A DNA stretch of 64,000 nucleotides, from contig JAAPAO010000065.1 of the NCBI GenBank assembly GCA_013115145.1, positions 31,822 through 95,821 of the forward strand, given 5' to 3'. This stretch comes from Perkinsus chesapeaki ATCC PRA-425. Taxonomy: Eukaryota; Protista; Perkinsozoa. A program made the position numbers and the translations under genes. The notes beneath the pieces were generated by a model. That model did no database searches. It saw only the letters and a list, made by a program, of their open reading frames with translations, and was not told the DNA's origin. Below are positions 1-13,209 of this stretch, piece after piece. Position 1 is the stretch's first letter; each line of letters opens with the position of its first letter.

Positions 1-460
1 CCTCTTAAACGGCTAAGTCCGGAGGTGAGGGGACCCGGCAGAAGGACGACAATTAGGTCTGTTATTTCAGTATATCGACAACAAGCGCTTTTTGACTCTC
101 TTACGAGCGTTCCATCGACTAGCGGCTGATGCATTTCCAGCGTTGGAGTTCGTAAGCTGTTTGCCAAAGATAAGTCATAGCAAATCGTCGAGGTGGATGT
201 CTAAAGTATGTTACATAACACTCAACAGGGAGGCCATCCATTTGCAGGCTTTACTCCTTCCAGAGCTGCAGCAGTTATATAAGTCTAAGCTCGATAAAAA
301 GCATGTTGCTGCTGTTGCATGATTAACGGTGTTCTTCCTTAGTTAAGTTGTTGTGTTTTTGTCCGAGTACGTTGACTAACCCAAGATAGAGTGATAGAGT
401 GTTGAGAAGGACTCGCGGCGAGTAGCCAACAAAGACTTTCTGCTAAAAAGTTAACTGAGA
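1..460 (+). CDS. 3' end of an unidentified multi-exon gene (partial, runs off window)
   Basis: Short GT..AG intron-like segments (e.g. gtatgttacataacactcaacag, 206-228) separate open stretches such as YIDNKRFLTLLRAFHRLAADAFPALEF. No recognisable domain. Confidence 0.25.
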
Positions 461-507
461 TGACACCGACTGACTATTGAAGATCTCGGCCTTCTCAACA
501 TTCGACT

Positions 508-3500
508 TTATAAAACTAATGAAACTATGAAAGTTCGAATCTGAAGTGGTTCCAGTGATATGTCACACCAATCCACTTCATTCTTAAACACTCTCTCATT
601 TCGACTGGCATCCTTCTCGCTACTTGTCGACCACCTGAGACGCTCTTCCTCGGCTGTTTTAAGATATCTGCCTGCATTTAGGGTAACCTGAAAAATATCA
701 AATATGGTTCTCCATTACAACCATAGTTACCTCAATCGCCTTGCCTAGAGTAAAGCCTTCCAGAAGAGCTCCTTTAGCTGCTAAGTTGAGATGTACAACA
801 GAAGTTGAGCCCTCTCCAGGAGCGTAGGTGTGAGCCAAGCGTAGCAGTAAACAACGGCTTTGAGCGCATGCACGTTTATAGTATTCCGATGGAGTGTTGT
901 TATTATTAAGGAGCTGTAATGTAAGGATCTGTACTTCTCGCGGTAAAGTGGATGATGCAATTTGAGAGGAATCAGCGGGCTGCTGGAGTGAAGACCAGGA
1001 ATCAGATTTGGGTTGATGCTCTGGGTCGTCACGAGCGAACACCGGCAGCAGCGGCAGCCGGGCCTGAAGCGGGGCACAAAATAAACTAAGACACAGTTTG
1101 GTTGCGAATTCATCGGTACCAGATGTGCTTGCTCTCGGTATTCATCCGAGTCGGCCCTTTCTCCTTCTTCCTTCAACATTGGCTCCAACAGTAGTTGCGT
1201 CTGGCCAATGACATTCTTGGGGAGACAAATTCTATTGTAGCAGATGGTCTCATCCAAAGGTTCATCTGATAAGGCAACAACTGGACTCTGGACAATATTC
1301 ATCTGCTCACGCACCAACTCCCCTTGCATCATCATTAAGGCACCTTCTGTGTACCATTATTTCCATTTGACCAGGTAGCAGAGAGGCTCCACCATGTGCT
1401 CTATCGGTGATGAGGGTAAGCTGCGGAGGAAGATTAAAGAGCTAATAAAATATAACCAACCATGCGCGTCGCCGCCGCCGAGTTTGCTTCTTCCTGGTCG
1501 ACGATCCTCAAGCCCGAGTTTATGGGATAATAGTTCATCGCCACCGGGTCTGTTACATTCAATTGCCATCCAGAACGATAATTAACTCTGAGGGGGCTCA
1601 TAGTCAGCTACTTAGTGTAATCACTTACTTTCGATGGATCCAATCTCTACCATTACTATCGGTCATAAAGTCACCATCATTGTTGCTAATGTCCGAGTCG
1701 ACTAGCTGTATTAAAGTGAGAGAGTGAGTACTATTCTGACACACTTACAAGGACCACTTCTTTTCCTGCTCCGCCGTTGATGTAAATAGCTACATCCCAG
1801 CTTATAGACACAACTGCCTGTTTAGGCGCCACTTGCAGAGTGAGATGACCCACAATGTCATCCGGTTGTTGCTGCTGCTGCTGACCATCATCCACAGACG
1901 GATGGGTGATAGCAAACCTCATCATGTTCTCCGCTCCCCCATCATCACTCGATAATAATATCTAACTCATATGGTAGAGCAACGACGGAATGATAGTATC
2001 CTACAGGAGTGAAGTTGGCTGCTTTAGGGCGACAGTTAGCGATCGAACTGAGCCTTGGATTCTCCGGGCAGTTGGGGCGGAAAATATACGCTCCTGATGC
2101 CTGCCCAGGACGACCGTAAGTCAGTGGTCCGGAGCCATTCGAGCTTTCATAATAACCGAATGAGATATTAAGTTTGACCTGAAAGCAGAACTCCAAATAG
2201 CACACATTGATGATCGATAGAATGACGATGGGAATGTAGTGGCTGTCAAGTCCCTTGAGGTCGGACGGCTGCCACCGCTGACACTTGTTCAACACAAACC
2301 AGAGAGGAATACGATTTCCTGTCACACTGAGCTTGGCCGCATTTCGGGTCCTTCCCCCCCCACACTCCCGTGCTCGGTATTCCCACACCGCGTCTTACCT
2401 CTACACCATGATGGATATTCTTCAGTTTGAACATGTAATTGCCGTCGCCCTTCTCATCGTCATAGGAGATCTCGTAACGTTCATTAGATATGCTCTTCAC
2501 GTGAGGTCGGCGGCCGCGCCGTTGCTGAGTAGTTGTTGAGGGTTGGGAGGTGATCCTGAGCATGGTGTGATTCTACCAAGCCAGTAGACACGTAACCTGT
2601 AGATGGTAGCTCCTAGTGGCGGTACATCCTCAGCCATGAACTGTAATGAATATGACCCTTCAAGGTTAGGAACCAGCCAGCTCTAATGAACAACAGCTTA
2701 AGAGGAGGAACCTTAAGAGCAGTTTGGTTACCTTCACAGCTTCCTTACTGACAGCCTTCTGCACCATGAATCTGCCCTTGCCACCTTTCAGTCTTCTCAT
2801 CATAGGTATTTCTGTCATTCTTAATTCCTCGGGAGACAGTCCATCATAAGGCTGGTTGTTGCCGACGGGTACGGTGACAAGGGAAGCGGATGGGTGGGAA
2901 AGAGAATTGTACACTGCTACGAGGACAGATGAGCCCGATAGGTTCGTCGTCCAAGAGCAGATACTCTCGTTTAGTAAAGGACAGTGGCCACCACTTTCGG
3001 GTTTCAGATCAAACCTTGATAGCACTTCAGGAATGACGACACTGTTCATGACCTGTACAGGATGCGCATCATCCTTTTATTTATCATTCATCTACCTTTT
3101 CTGTTCCAATATGGAGCCGCTTCGAGTAGTCATCATCAACATGCTGCTTTTCAGTACCGGTGATGGCATCGTGGTGTTGAGCTAGGCCAATAGCGTCAGT
3201 TAGTTCCGCTAAAGAGGTTTCTTTTATCAGAGTCAATTAGGCAAAGCTCACCAATGACCTCTTCCTCGTTCACATGAGCCTTATGGATCGCCGTTGCCAC
3301 CAACTGCCGTGCGGCGGTGTATGTCCTGCTAGCGCCTCGTACCATACCCTTGAAGTTGGGTCGAGAAGTGAAATAACTGAATCCATTGCTGATGAGTGAG
3401 CCGTGCTTCAAGCTAAGATACCCTGTCCAATAGGCATGTCCTCCATCTATTGGGTCCACGGTCCGCTTGTGAACGTCGATAACGTCAACTTTGCCATCTC

Positions 3501-5161
3501 CATAAGGGAAGAAGTCCTCATCACTAGCCTTGGTCGGGAGGTCTTTGCCCTCCCTATACTGTTGATGCCGAGATTGAATATAAATCCTAAGACAAGGTCC
3601 CAGCAGCGCTAGGGTGGTGATCGGCCTTACCGAGGGTTGCTGTAGAATAGATTAAGTACAACATCGCTGCTGCATCGCTGTTGCGCCGCGATAAGCTTAG
3701 AGTAATGTATCAGCTTATCCATGTTATTATACCACGATATGGCCTGCTGGTAGTTGAAGTCCATGCCCTTCATAAACAAGTAAAGGCAAACGATCGGGTA
3801 GCTGCTACCATTGTGAGGATGATATTTTTACTCTGTCCTTCTCCCTTCCCGTCTGGGTTGTACGACTCAGTTTGATTGACGCAAATCTAGAAGGAATTAT
3901 TCCTCAAGAAATTTAGCAGGACTTTTGTTACCTCTCGGAAAGCCGCTAGTCGGTCAGCTATATTGACATCCTCCAACAGTACGTCATCTTGGAGTGGCGG
4001 GTCACCATTTAGGACGTCGAATCCAAAGCCAGGCGGCGGCGAATACCTGAGGCAAGTTAGCTGAAGGGAAGATGCTACGCTGGTCGCCTTACATGTACAT
4101 GAGCCCCATGAAAATTGCATCTTCGCTGGCAGAGCTACTGGATTCATCAGTTCGATAAACCTAATGGGGATCTGATAATGCTTTTATAGCAGGATTGATC
4201 TATCGAACCATTTCGAGCGCTCCAGTAGCCTTTCTGACAGCCATGTCTTGGTCATCGGCCCTTCCAACTAGCCACCCATCGAACGCCATCTGACAACAGA
4301 AGTCACAAGTGGCGGAGAAGAGGAGTGGTTACCCCACGGAACGCCTTGTTCTGAAAGCTCGAATGGCCAAACGGATCGATTTGCCATCCAATTCTAGGAG
4401 AAGCCGCGAGGCCGAATTCTCTGATCACTTGAAGTGCACCTAAAAGTGTTGAGGATGGGCTACATTCATCGGAGAGATATACCATTAGTGTGCTGATCTA
4501 TAATATCAGTATACATCGTAGCGGCCTCATCGTTCATAACCCAACCAGCATTGATGAACTCTAAACGACCTTCACCAACCAATTTCCGAACAAGTCTTTT
4601 TTTAGCCTTCGACTGCCTTCTCCACCAGCGGATGAAAAACGCCTGACATCATGACCACTGAGGTTCATCATTAGTGGTGGAAGGCTGCTACCATCTCGAC
4701 ATAGATGAACTTTCTATTCTTGTCCGCCTCCAGCGCATTAATAACAGAGTCGAGGATGAGCCCTACGTTTGCTATCTGAATGGAGTTGTTGGCTCCTGAA
4801 GAAGTGTGTTGAATGACCAACCGCATCTCCATGAGAATGTTACCAGTGGCATATTGATCGACGGTCTTAAGCCAACCAACGTCGTTGTGAGTGTGAGGTA
4901 CCAAATGTACCTAAGTAGCGGAAACGACTCATCTCGAACGGCGAGGAAAGAAGGGGCTACATTTATTATTCGAGGGTCACCATGAACGGGCCCTCCACTG
5001 GTATTGTAAGGCCCCCCTGGTGACAGGGGAATTGCTATGAGCTGCCTCCCAATGGTTATTTCGGCCTTAGCTCGGCCACCGTTCCAGCATTCTCCATCTA
5101 TGGGACTTCCTGTGAGCAAGGCAATGCCGAATCCTATTAGTAGATACCAAGAGAGGACCAT
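508..5161 (-). CDS. MAN2B1: Lysosomal alpha-mannosidase, glycoside hydrolase family 38 (multi-exon)
   Basis: Signal peptide [18 protein letters not shown] at 5161. GH38 motifs occur in order across exons: [89 protein letters not shown] and a terminal [11 protein letters not shown]. Stop TAA at 508-510. Confidence 0.95.
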
Positions 5162-5387
5162 GGCAACAAACGGCTAAGATCAATAAAGTGGGTTGGTGGG
5201 CCATCAATGGTGGCTGGTGGTGAAAGGTGGGCCTACTCGTGAGACACTGTTACCCGCAAGTACAATGGAAGACAATATCTCAACAGAATTAATCCTAAGA
5301 GTGCGCATCTCAAGGTTGGGCTCTAGGAGGGGTCTTGAAGGTCGGCTCTCGGAAACGGAGCATTCCGCATGCGTACATGAGAAGGGT

Positions 5388-5410
5388 GTCACGTCACGTG
5401 ACTCACGTGA
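5388..5410. promoter_or_regulatory. Cluster of CACGTG E-boxes including an exact GTCACGTGAC
   Basis: gtcacgtcacgtgactcacgtga lies about 230 bp upstream of the mannosidase ATG. GTCACGTGAC is at 5393-5402 and TCACGTGA at 5403-5410. Function is inferred. Confidence 0.35.
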
Positions 5411-6185
5411 GTAAGGGAGGCTTGATAGCTGAGGTCCCATTCGGGAGTGAGTGAACTGGCATCTACCATTTTGGATGGTAAGTAGGAATAATTCTCATAT
5501 CATAAATTAAATGATACCTTTTGCCACCAGCATGCCTTTTATCATGATTAGTGCTGCTGCAGCAATAGCACCTTTTCTTATATGCTTCATGTTATCTTGC
5601 TCGAGTCGTTGATATAAATTCCGCGTTATATACCACCTATTTGTCTCGCAAATACAACTAATGCTACACGACACCTGTGCGTATCTTAGTGCGCATGCGT
5701 GCACTTATCACAAGTCATTCGTGTAAAAAGTGTTCTTCGATGATTCTAGTGCTTTTAATCTCATGTCTGGGTTAAATGGGAGCGCGCTGAACTTCGACCT
5801 TGAAAGGTACTCTCGACATACTTGTGAGTTTTTCTTGGTTTGGAAGTTCACGTTGGCGAAGTAACGGTCGAGCACCTCGATGAAGCAGCTCCGTTGGAGC
5901 TTTAGGCTACGTGACCAACTAAGAGTGGTCCCCGACCACTAGTGTTGTTTTCAAAGAGACTGCGCATGGAGAGGTGTCGAGATTTGTGGCGAGCGCACTT
6001 TTCAGCACACAACTAAGGGACAGAGCTAGGCTAGCGGATCCACCCCAGGCAGGTTCCCAAGACGCCTGCTTGACGCCAGTTTTAGCAACTTCACAATCCC
6101 GTCCCAGCCCGCCCTGGAGGAGGCCTGCGGCACGTTCAGCCGTGCGATCGGACCCTGTTGTTCACAGGTCAGTCTCTTCGCACGG

Positions 6186-9100
6186 TCACTGATGTGTACT
6201 GGTGTAGCTTGGCACGGTTTCGTGCCAGCCAACTACTCCCGGTGCACTATCAGTGTCCGGCCTACGGCTCCACCCCACACCCTCCAGAGCAGGCACCAAT
6301 AAAAACAACTCACCGTAGCGTACACCGACCAGACTGACACGCAACGAAATTAAGACATGATGAAAACGGCAGCAATGTTCCAATTATTAATCATGAACAT
6401 AGGTAAGCAAATCTCATCAACTCCTCGATAGGATTTCTTCAACAGCTTCTTTAGCAACCGTATCCAACGACGCCGTGCTGGACATCCTGTCCGAGCCCAG
6501 ACGAGACATCTCAGCTCCCGATCTCCGATTGCCAAGACGGTCTATTTTAGCGTCTAGCTTTTGATAGCGAATAGCGGCCCGCTTAATGTGCTCTGCCAGT
6601 AAAGTCTCGACCACCATCAGGTTCTTCTGCACAAGGAGCAGGTCCTGCGCGCTGGGAGGGTGTAGCATCTTAAGTAGCATGTGCACGAACTCGGACTGGT
6701 CGATGCAACCATGACCCGACGAATCGATGATTTGGAATGCCACCGAAACCACATCCTAGAATGACGGAATGCAGCGGAGGAGAGCACATAAGCTGGGCCA
6801 ACCTCGTCAACACCGAGCTTCTGGAGCCTGTTGGCCGCCTGAGCGTTGAACTCGCTTTCCGTAAGCGTGCCAGAGCCGTCTACGTCCATGGCATCGAACA
6901 CCTGACGAGCAATAGGGCGATGGACTAAATGGGCTAATTCTGGTCTACCTCGACAATCCTCTCCTTGAGAATCTTGTCCCTCTCGGACTCTGTTGTCCCC
7001 GAGACAATTTCGCATATAACGCCGATAAGTATATTAAGTATCATGAATGAGCCAAGCATTATAAATATCAAAAGAAGTATACCGCATCTAAAAGTATACC
7101 ACTTCAAAGAAGCCAGTATGAAGCGAAACAGTGTGGAGGCTCTAGAGTGGCTTCAGCACTGATGTTTTACAAATGTACTATATGAGCCATTTACTAGGCG
7201 TGGGGGACTCAAGACGGTCTGAGACCGTTTCCGCACTTACGGTGGGCTTTCGCTTAGTGTTGATCGTATCAAGGAGAATGTATCGTCGAAGACTAGGACC
7301 TGAGACATACTGTATCCAGGGGTAAGGATTGCCCACCAACCTGCCATAATGTTAGCATGCTCTTGGGGATGGTACCAAACATATCATCGAAGAAGCCAGG
7401 CATGCCATCAACCTCCATTGTCAGCCGCTCCTCAGAGCTCTTCACCCACTGTGTAAGGATAATCGCGAACACGTACCTATCATCGCGGGAAGAGGGCTAC
7501 TGTATAGAGGAATGGGAAGTAGTCCGAGGAGAAGCGCAATCCACTTCTGCAGCAGAGTACTTCGCATTCCCCATTAAACTTTATATTAAATTTCAAAAAC
7601 AGGAACACTTTTTTGACCATCACGGAGCTCATTTCCGATCAAAATTTCAATGATATATCTGCTTTGGGAACAATTTTCAGATCTCGAAAAACATAAACCC
7701 GTGAGGCTGGCGGACCCCTGTTCGTGGGTGGCAATAGTGAAGCCTACATGAGCGCCAGTATGATAGCCAGGGTGCTGCTGACAGAGCGCGCAGCTGCGGC
7801 CATCGACTTCACCATCATGCCCAGTTCGGGGACCATACCTACGACAAAACGCTGACACATGAACGTGAAACCATTTACGGAAGACTCGCGTTATCCTGAG
7901 AAGTCGAAGTAGACGGAGGACGCTGAGGCTGCCAAGAGTGGACGCATCGACATGCAGTAGGAGGAGCACCCAAATCTCAACAACCATCATCAACACCTGA
8001 TAGACAGGAATCATGAACTGGGAGGAGGCGATGTCTTGGCCTGGTTTACCAAACATAGGTCAAAGATATTCCAGAACCTGAGAACCTTGTCCTTGAAAAA
8101 GTCCATCTTGCTTTTGTATGCCAATATCCGTACGAGAATCTCGAAGGTGAAACAGAAACCAAAGATATGCTCACCAACGTCGAATACGACGAGCTGACAG
8201 ATGGAAATGACGGGCAAGTTCGGAGAGGCATCATGTGAACGCGTAGGTCGGAGCAGGTTGGAAGGTGTAATAATGCAAAGGCCTTTAGTGTTATTAATAG
8301 GAATATAATAATGTAAAGGCCTTTAGTGTTATTAATAGGAATATAATAATGTAAAGGCCTTTAGTGTTATTAATAGGGCTATGATACTGTAAAGGCCTTT
8401 AGTGTTATTAATAGTGCTATAATACTGTAAAGGCCTTTAGTGTTATTAATAGGGCTATAATACTGTAAAGGCCTTTAGTGTTATTAATAGGGCTATAATA
8501 CTGTAAAGGCCTTTAGTGTTATTAATAGGGCTATNNNNNNNNNNNNNNNNNNNNNNNNNNNNNNNNNNNNNNNNNNNNNNNNNNNNNNNNNNNNNNNNNN
8601 NNNNNNNNNNNNNNNNNNNNNNNNNNNNNNNNATAATACTGTAAAGGCCTTTAGTGTTATTAATGGGGCTATAATACTGTAAGGGCCGTTAGTGCTATTA
8701 ATAGGGCTATAATACTGTAAAGGACTTTAGTGTTATTAATGGGGCTATAATACTGTAAAGGCCTTTAGTGCTATTAATAGGGCTATAATACTGTAAAGGC
8801 CTTCTTTAGTGTTATTAATAGGGCTATGATACTGTAAAGGCCTTTAGTGTTATTAATAGGGCTATAATACTGTAAAGACCTTTAGTGTTATTAATAGGTT
8901 CCTCCTCATTCCCGTTATTCACCGGTATATTTGATCCTGCATGGTTATGATCTTGGTCAATACCTATCCATACCGCATTGAGTACAATTACAACAAGTGC
9001 CCAGTTCTGAACAACAACAATACTAGCTCTCACTATAGCTGCCAAATCATATTGGTGCGGAGCCCAATTAATAGACCAGTGAAGATCACTGGTGATATCG

Positions 9101-9758
9101 ATTCGACACAAAGATTGTCTACCCCACGGCCGTCACCTCCCCTTGGTCACCTGGAATCTGGCATCGCTTGCCAGTAGGGCAATCTTTGACTCCGGATCGG
9201 CCATCCCCCTGGAGAAAAGGTCCACAGGTGGCCGCCGCAGTTTTGCCCGTTGCTTGGAGAAGTCCGTAGTCTTCCGTGCCTGCACCGCTACAATCACACC
9301 ACACCGAACCGCGCTACTTCCAAGACTTTGTCCAATTGCTTCACCAATGACAGGCTGCGGGCTACATCAACAGGATCGTCAGTTTTTAGCACCCCGACCC
9401 TCCCAAAGCTCAAACGCCTTTCGCTGCTCCGGCTCAGCTCACTGTGCCTGATACTGATAATTTCCATAATCCGGATCCAACGCCGCCGTCAGTCACCTGG
9501 AGTCACTGCGACTGTTCGGAAAGAAGGGGTCGAATGCATCGATTTCTTCCTCGGCATCGTCTACTTGTAGGAACTTAAACGTGCGGATTTCATCGGTTTG
9601 TACTTACCGCGTGCCTCGTTCGCTGTTGCTTTCTTACTAGATTTACTTCTGAATGACACTCCTCCTGGCAAGGTTCGCGTGGTCATGTTGTTGCCGCTGC
9701 CTTCATCGGCCTCTGCGGCCGGCCGGTCAATTTGGACAGACTTGGATGAGGCCGCCAT
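6186..9758 (-). CDS. Single-domain (6TM) voltage-gated cation channel with two C-terminal EF-hands (multi-exon)
   Basis: S2/S3 FTFEILVRI...WNIFDLCLV; S4 LSVLRLLRLLRITRVFR; pore FGTIPKSMLTLWQ|VLVFDDT; S6 FIMLGSFMILNILIGVICEIV; EF-hands DVDGSGTLTESEF and DSSGHGCIDQSEF. Only one channel repeat is present. The 3' end is approximate. Confidence 0.85.
8268..8898. repeat. 38-bp intronic minisatellite containing an assembly gap
   Basis: Unit ~taatactgtaaaggcctttagtgttattaatagggcta repeats on both sides of the N run at 8535-8632, inside a channel-gene intron. Confidence 0.95.
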
Positions 9759-10472
9759 TACAGTACATGGTTAATAGCTACCAAGTTGTATCGCCCCTGA
9801 AAGTGCCCCGTCCTACCATCCCCCCAGCTAGGAGAAGATACCGTCCCAGACAAGACCGGCTAGACTCTCCCATTGACGGTGCTAACTTGGACAGCTGATG
9901 GGCTCGTTTCGGCCTCCGTTCGCGTAACCTCCAACAAGGCTATCAAAGAGTATTCTCATTCTTTGGAATCGCTCATTTCTGAATGACTTTTCTCCCATTC
10001 TGTTTTCCCTGATTAACTGCCTGTGTGCTACAGGCTGTGTCGTATTAAACGTCGATTTCGCATCCATATTCTCTATGACAACTACCAATGTATAAAGACC
10101 TTAAAGCCTTAACGTAATAAGCAAATAATAACACTGCTCAGGTATATAAGAAATGCGCGCCACGAAGGCGTGGCAGAAGTGCCAGCATGACCACCGGCGG
10201 CCCACACTCCCTGGGGCCTTCATTATAGTGTGAAAATATTCAACTCCTGTTTCGAGCGTTATGCCCTTGTAACAAGTAGTAGTAGTAGCAAATATCAAAT
10301 GCATTCATGACCGGACGGTTTTAGAGTGAGTAACGAACGAGTGATCAAATCTTGGACACTTGGCTCCTCTTGTATTTCCTCCACGTTGTTCATCAAGGGA
10401 GAAAGATTGACGATCTTACGTACAACAGTGTCTCTCTTGAATGGATTCTTCGTAGGATAATATCTTTACCTT

Positions 10473-11990
10473 ATGAGTCTACCATGCAAAGCCGCCAACG
10501 CTGCAACTCGCAGTGCTTGCCGCGCTGCTGCTGCTGAGGCCGCCGCCGTCCCTATTAATGTCAAGCTCTCCGAGGTCCAGACTATGTGCCCCTTCTTCGC
10601 CAAGGTTTCTACCAGCCCTGATGCCAGCACCATTGAGGCCATGGCCCAAGCCTGCCCGGTAATGAAGGCAGTACAGAAGCCTGTTATCATTCAAGATGAT
10701 CTCAGAAGACATGCTGTTGACGAGACCCTAGTCATCCGCAAGGACGCCATGTACGAGGCTAAGTTCAGACACAACATCCAAAAGCTCCAAGAAGAGGGAC
10801 GTTACCGTTACTTTGCCAACCTTCAGAGGCACTGTGGGAGCTTCCCTAATGCCACTTTTCATGGCCTGAACCACGAGGTTAAGGAAGGCAGGCCTATTAA
10901 GATATTCTGCTCCAATGACTACCTTGGTATGGGCCAGCATCAAAAGATTATCAATGCCTCTCATAACGCTATTGATATGAGTGGCACTGGCGCTGGTGGC
11001 ACTAGGAACATTTCCGGCACTACCAAGTTCCATGTTGAGCTCGAGAGGGCCCTGGCCGAGAACCACCAGAAGGAGGCTGCCTTGGTGATGTCCAGTGGCT
11101 TTGTTGCCAACGAGGCTGCTTTGTCCGCGGTTGGAAAGATCATCCCCAACTGCCTGATGATCTCTGATGCTGGTAACCATGCTTCGATGATAGAGGGCAT
11201 AAGACACTCTAAGTGCGAAAAGAAAATTTATCGCCACAACGACCTTGCCCATCTGGAGGCGATTCTCGCCGAGGCCCCGCTGGACCGCCCTAAGATGATC
11301 GTCTTCGAGTCTGTCTACTCTATGTCCGGCGGTATCGCCCCAATGGAAAAGATATGTGACTTGGCGGACGCCTACAACGCCATGACTTTTTGTGATGAAG
11401 TTCACGCGGTTGGCATGTACGGTGAGCACGGTGCCGGTATAGCTGAGCGCGATGGTGTCCTTGACAGAATAGATATCATTTCGGGTACTCTAGGTAAGGC
11501 TTATGGTGTCTTTGGAGGGTACATAGCGGCCTCCTCGAGCTTCGTTGATTGTGTTCGGTCTTATGCGGCTGGCTTCATCTTCACCACGGCGGTTCCGCCA
11601 GTTGTTGCCGCTGGTGGACTCGCCGCTGTTACTCACTTAAGACATTCTAAGATTGAACGAGAGCTTCAGCAGCTTAGAGCTAAGCAGTTGAAGGCTAAGC
11701 TCGCTGCTAGAGGGCTACCATTGATGAACAGCCCTAGTCACATCGTACCAGTTCTTGTTAGAGATCCCGTAAAGGTTAAACAACTCACTGACAAGTTGCT
11801 GGCGGACTATGGCATCTATCTTCAACCTATCAACTACCCTACAGTTGACCGCGGTACTGAGCGTATCCGTATAACACCTGGACCACTTCACAGTGAGGAA
11901 GACCTCGACATGCTGGTCAATGCTTTGGATCGAGTTTTTGAAGAGTTGGGGATATCAAGGCAGATGCAAACTGCGGATGTGGTCCATTAA
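10473..11990 (+). CDS. ALAS: 5-aminolevulinate synthase, mitochondrial (intronless, 505 aa)
   Basis: Motifs [40 protein letters not shown]-lysine [24 protein letters not shown] and RITPGPLH. Ala-rich N-terminal presequence with CP motifs. Confidence 0.97.
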   Translation: MSLPCKAANAATRSACRAAAAEAAAVPINVKLSEVQTMCPFFAKVSTSPDASTIEAMAQACPVMKAVQKPVIIQDDLRRHAVDETLVIRKDAMYEAKFRHNIQKLQEEGRYRYFANLQRHCGSFPNATFHGLNHEVKEGRPIKIFCSNDYLGMGQHQKIINASHNAIDMSGTGAGGTRNISGTTKFHVELERALAENHQKEAALVMSSGFVANEAALSAVGKIIPNCLMISDAGNHASMIEGIRHSKCEKKIYRHNDLAHLEAILAEAPLDRPKMIVFESVYSMSGGIAPMEKICDLADAYNAMTFCDEVHAVGMYGEHGAGIAERDGVLDRIDIISGTLGKAYGVFGGYIAASSSFVDCVRSYAAGFIFTTAVPPVVAAGGLAAVTHLRHSKIERELQQLRAKQLKAKLAARGLPLMNSPSHIVPVLVRDPVKVKQLTDKLLADYGIYLQPINYPTVDRGTERIRITPGPLHSEEDLDMLVNALDRVFEELGISRQMQTADVVH

Positions 11991-12437
11991 GGTATTTTGT
12001 CTGGCTTGAGTGGCCGGCTTGATGATCGTTATTATCGTGGTCTTCATAGTTGTTATATGATGGAGGCATTATAGGCATCAATCTAGACGTTATTAAAGAA
12101 TTGTTGGCCGCCGAGCAGCCTGCCTCTGTAATCGTATTTATTAGCGAAGGTATCTTGCGTTGACACAGTCGTATAATATAACGACACAATATTAAGCCGC
12201 AAGGCGGCGTCATGTATCGGTAGGAATTGACTTGTGGACTAGTGTGACCAGTTATAGGAAGTAATAGTTTAGATTAAGACTCTTAGTCAGTAGTAGACTT
12301 GCCTGATTACATTATAGCAATGAGAATGCAATGTATTGCACAATCCAGCTCGCATAGAATAATGTCGCAACATAGATAGGCAAGTGGGGAACAGACTCCA
12401 GCTCTAACTGTAAATTATGAGGGCTATAGGACCCAGG

Positions 12438-12707
12438 AAAGATATGGCCTAGCCTTGGGTATAAAAGGATATGGCCTAGCATTGGGTATAAAAGGATATG
12501 GCCTAGCATTGGGTNNNNNNNNNNNNNNNNNNNNNNNNNNNNNNNNNNNNNNNNNNNNNNNNNNNNNNNNNNNNNNNNNNNNNNNNNNNNNNNNNNNNNN
12601 NNNNNNNNNNNNGCCTAGCCTTGGGTATAAAAGGATATGGCCTAGCATTGGGTATAAAAGGATATGGCCTAGCATTGGGTATAAAATGATATGGCCTAGC
12701 CTTGGGT
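12438..12707. repeat. 27-bp minisatellite containing an assembly gap
   Basis: Unit ggatatggcctagc(a/c)ttgggtataaaa flanks the N run at 12515-12612, in the convergent ALAS/cytochrome b5 intergenic region. Confidence 0.95.
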
Positions 12708-13209
12708 ATCTTTCTGTTGGTATCAGCCCCATGATGATATTCGATGAGGTTGGTGAGTAATATAGATTTTGAAATCGGAAAAATCAGTGATAATGGAAGA
12801 GGTCAGATTTTGCCTTGTAAAATTGATTGTATACTCTGAGAATGCTACGCGTGCTCCTGTCACGGGAGCACGCTTACACATTGCCATAGAGCACCGCAAA
12901 TGTCACGAAAGCATCAAGTTATGGGAGGACAAGAGAGAGGTTCCAGTATTATATATCTCGAGGGGAAAGATGACAAAAATGCGGCGTACAAGAGACACGG
13001 GAGAATAAGGTCTACTAGTTGATGACAAGAATCCTTCATCAAAATCAACTTGAATACAGCACGGTGAGTACGAATAATTGGTTACTTAACACGAGGCAAG
13101 GTGCTTTAGATAAAATTATAATGTATATAGTGACATGAGGTCATCGTCTAATGATAACAGGCGCTACCATTAACAAATCACAGAAAGAGCTCATAATGCC
13201 ACAGATGAT

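Noticed and set aside
10728-11429. Antisense ORFs over ALAS, the kinase (50206-50763) and the BT1 genes
   Set aside because: They overlap well-supported genes and have no motifs of their own.
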